From Phycisphaerae bacterium (GTDB lineage Bacteria; Planctomycetota; Phycisphaerae; UBA1845; Fen-1342), in contig JAGPEO010000001.1 of the NCBI GenBank assembly GCA_018056925.1, forward strand, positions 1-43,588: a stretch of 43,588 nucleotides of DNA. The letters run 5' to 3'. A model generated the notes under the pieces. That model had not been told where the DNA came from. It was given only the letters and a program-made list of their open reading frames with translations, and did no database searches. Positions 41,778 through 43,588 of this stretch are shown piece after piece. The number at the start of each line of letters is the position of its first letter. The first letter of the stretch is position 1. A program made the translations under genes and the position numbers.

Positions 41778-41950
41778 CCGGGGCGACAACGCTCCGGCTC
41801 TGCTCTTGCTCCGGTAGGGACGACGAACGCGTAAAGTCGGGCGACACGCCCCGCGAGCTTAGAGTTCGGGGCGGCACGCCCTACTTTCCTATGCTCCGGC
41901 AGGGACGGACTAGCGCTTGAAGTTCGAGGCGACGCGCCCCGGCTCTGCTC
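41778..41950 (+). repeat. Tandem array of REP-like elements (about 60-nt composite unit, 2-3 degenerate copies)
   Basis: Cores are CCGGGGCGacaaCGCTCCGGCTCTGCT (41778), TCGGGCGacaCGCCCCG (about 41846), TCGGGGCGgcaCGCCC (about 41866) and TCGAGGCGacgCGCCCCGGCTCTGCT (41924). The array abuts the aspS stop. Confidence 0.8.
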
Positions 41951-43588
41951 CTACGCCTTCGCCGGACGGGCGATGCGCAGCCCCAGCTCATCAAGCTGAT
42001 CTTGTGTGACCGGGCTGGGGGCCTCCGTCATCGGGCAGGTCGCCCGGGCCGTCTTCGGGAACGAGAACACGTCCCGAATATGGTCTCGCCCCGTCAGCAG
42101 CATGACCGTCCGGTCCAGCCCCAGCGCGATTCCGCCGTGCGGCGGCGGGCCGTACTTCAACGCCTCGAGCAGGAACCCGAACTTAAGCTGCTGTTCCTCC
42201 GGACTGAGCCGCAACAGCTTGAACACGCGCTCCTGCACGTCACGGCGATGGATACGAATACTGCCGCCGCCTAGCTCGATGCCGTTCAGCACCACGTCAT
42301 AGGCCTTGGCCCGGCACTTGGACGGCTCCTGTTCCAGCAGATCGAGGTCCTCGTCGCGCGGCGCGGTGAACGGATGATGTACCGCATAGTGCCGCCCCTC
42401 CTCCTCGTGGTACTCGAACATCGGAAAATCGACTACCCACAGGAAGTTCCACCGGCCCGCGGGGATCAGGTTCCGCTTCTGCGCGATGACCGAGCGCAGC
42501 CACGACAAGTACTTGCAAACGTTCGCCTCGGTGTCCGCGGCGAAGAAGATGATGTCGCCCACTTGCGCTTCCGTCGCCGCCATCACCTGGCTGGTCAATT
42601 CCGGCGTAAAGAACTTCGCTACGCCCGTTTGGAACACCGGCTGCCGCGCCCCGCCCTCTGCCGCCGCGACCTTCACCAGCGGCAGCCCGCCGGCGCCGAT
42701 GCCGCGCATCGCCTCGGTCAGCGTATCAGTCTCCTTGCGGGTCATGTCGGCCCCACCCGGCACGCGGATGGCCCGCACCACGCCGCCCTTGGCGAGCGCC
42801 TCGCGGAAAATGGTGAAGTCGGAACGCCCCGCGATCTCGCTGATGTCTTTGATCCGCAGGTCGTAGCGCGTATCGGGGCGGTCGATGCCGTACTCAGCCA
42901 TGGCCTGGGCGTACGACATGCGCGGAAACGGCGTAGGAATCTCTACGCCGAGCACGCTGCGCATCACGTGCGCCAGGCACCCTTCGGTTACACGCAGCAC
43001 GTCCTCCGGCTGCACGAACGACATCTCCAGGTCGAGCTGCGTGAACTCCGGCTGTCGGTCGGCTCGCAGGTCCTCGTCGCGGAAGCAGCGCACGATCTGC
43101 ATGTACCGGTCGAACCCGCTCATCATCAGCAGTTGCTTGAAGAGCTGCGGCGACTGCGGCAAGGCGTAGAAGCTGCCGATCTGCAGGCGCGACGGCACGA
43201 GAAAGTCGCGCGCCCCCTCCGGCGTGCTCTTGGTCAGAAAAGGCGTCTCGATCTCGATGAAGCCCTGCGTGTCGAGGTAATCGCGCATGGCCTTGGCGAT
43301 GCGGTGGCGCGTGATCAGCGCCTGCTGCATCGGCTTGCGGCGCAGGTCCAGATAGCGGAACCGCAGCCGCGTCTCTTCGTTCGTGTCGATCTCGTCTGCG
43401 ATTTCGAAGACCGGCGTCTTCGAGGTCGAAAGAATCTCGACCTCGCGAACGAGCACCTCAACCGCCCCGGTCTTGATCTTGGGATTGACGAGCCCCGGCG
43501 GCCGCGCCAGCACGTCGCCGCGCACGACGATGCAGTACTCGTTGCGAATCGCCTCGGCGATTTTGTGGGCCTGCGGGTTGGTTTCCGG
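41951..43588 (-). CDS. aspS: Aspartyl-tRNA synthetase, N-terminus beyond the window edge
   Basis: FRDEDLRADRQPEFTQLDLEMSF and GGIALGLDR class II motifs. The frame stays open to position 43588. Confidence 0.95.
   Translation of the reverse strand, partial: PETNPQAHKIAEAIRNEYCIVVRGDVLARPPGLVNPKIKTGAVEVLVREVEILSTSKTPVFEIADEIDTNEETRLRFRYLDLRRKPMQQALITRHRIAKAMRDYLDTQGFIEIETPFLTKSTPEGARDFLVPSRLQIGSFYALPQSPQLFKQLLMMSGFDRYMQIVRCFRDEDLRADRQPEFTQLDLEMSFVQPEDVLRVTEGCLAHVMRSVLGVEIPTPFPRMSYAQAMAEYGIDRPDTRYDLRIKDISEIAGRSDFTIFREALAKGGVVRAIRVPGGADMTRKETDTLTEAMRGIGAGGLPLVKVAAAEGGARQPVFQTGVAKFFTPELTSQVMAATEAQVGDIIFFAADTEANVCKYLSWLRSVIAQKRNLIPAGRWNFLWVVDFPMFEYHEEEGRHYAVHHPFTAPRDEDLDLLEQEPSKCRAKAYDVVLNGIELGGGSIRIHRRDVQERVFKLLRLSPEEQQLKFGFLLEALKYGPPPHGGIALGLDRTVMLLTGRDHIRDVFSFPKTARATCPMTEAPSPVTQDQLDELGLRIARPAKA

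Overview
High-GC bacterial chromosomal window (well above 60 percent GC by eye). I found no rRNA, tRNA, CRISPR array or transposase. Many long ORFs in the six-frame track are antisense artefacts of the GC content. Layout: (1) 5-12554, minus strand, holds a complete S10/spc ribosomal-protein cluster running rpsJ to rplO, then secY, adk and map. It has no rpmD (L30). It has unusually long, repeat-filled spacers between rpsJ and rplC and between rpsC and rplP. (2) 12965-16164 holds mreB-mreC, preceded by a membrane-anchored coiled-coil gene and a 56-aa membrane ORF that falls below the ORF-track cutoff. (3) 16447-26549 holds purE, a GT2 plus GT-C glycosyltransferase pair, an orphan sigma-54 response regulator, DedA, two tandem paralogs that are each frame-disrupted at the homologous position, a lipoprotein, and tig-clpP-clpP without clpX. 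(4) 29154-40779 is an [FeFe]-hydrogenase island. It starts with hydF behind a sigma-54-type promoter. A second sigma-54-type promoter then drives a 10-gene plus-strand operon. That operon opens with a five-gene regulatory cassette: DRTGG, an RsbW-like kinase fused to a ferredoxin/H-cluster-like/FeS sensor, a second DRTGG, PHP, and a GHKL ATPase. It continues with NuoE-like, 2Fe-2S and NuoF-like::GltD/NfnB-like fusion genes, then HydA, and ends in a strong terminator. (5) The right end holds a FlgM-like gene behind a sigma-28-type promoter, a small secreted protein, and partial aspS. The most interesting items are the uncharacterised kinase/PHP/DRTGG/Fe-S cassette, the HydB-GltD fusion and a HydA whose L1 motif reads TSCSPGW instead of TSCCPxW. 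Also notable are the short-word direct-plus-inverted repeat arrays in intergenic gaps (two inside the hydrogenase operon), a REP-like GGGGCG..CGCCCCGGCTCTGCT element family, and the doubly frameshifted paralog pair. Taxonomy cannot be assigned from the sequence alone; the gene content would fit an anaerobic PVC or Planctomycetota-like organism, which is a low-confidence guess.
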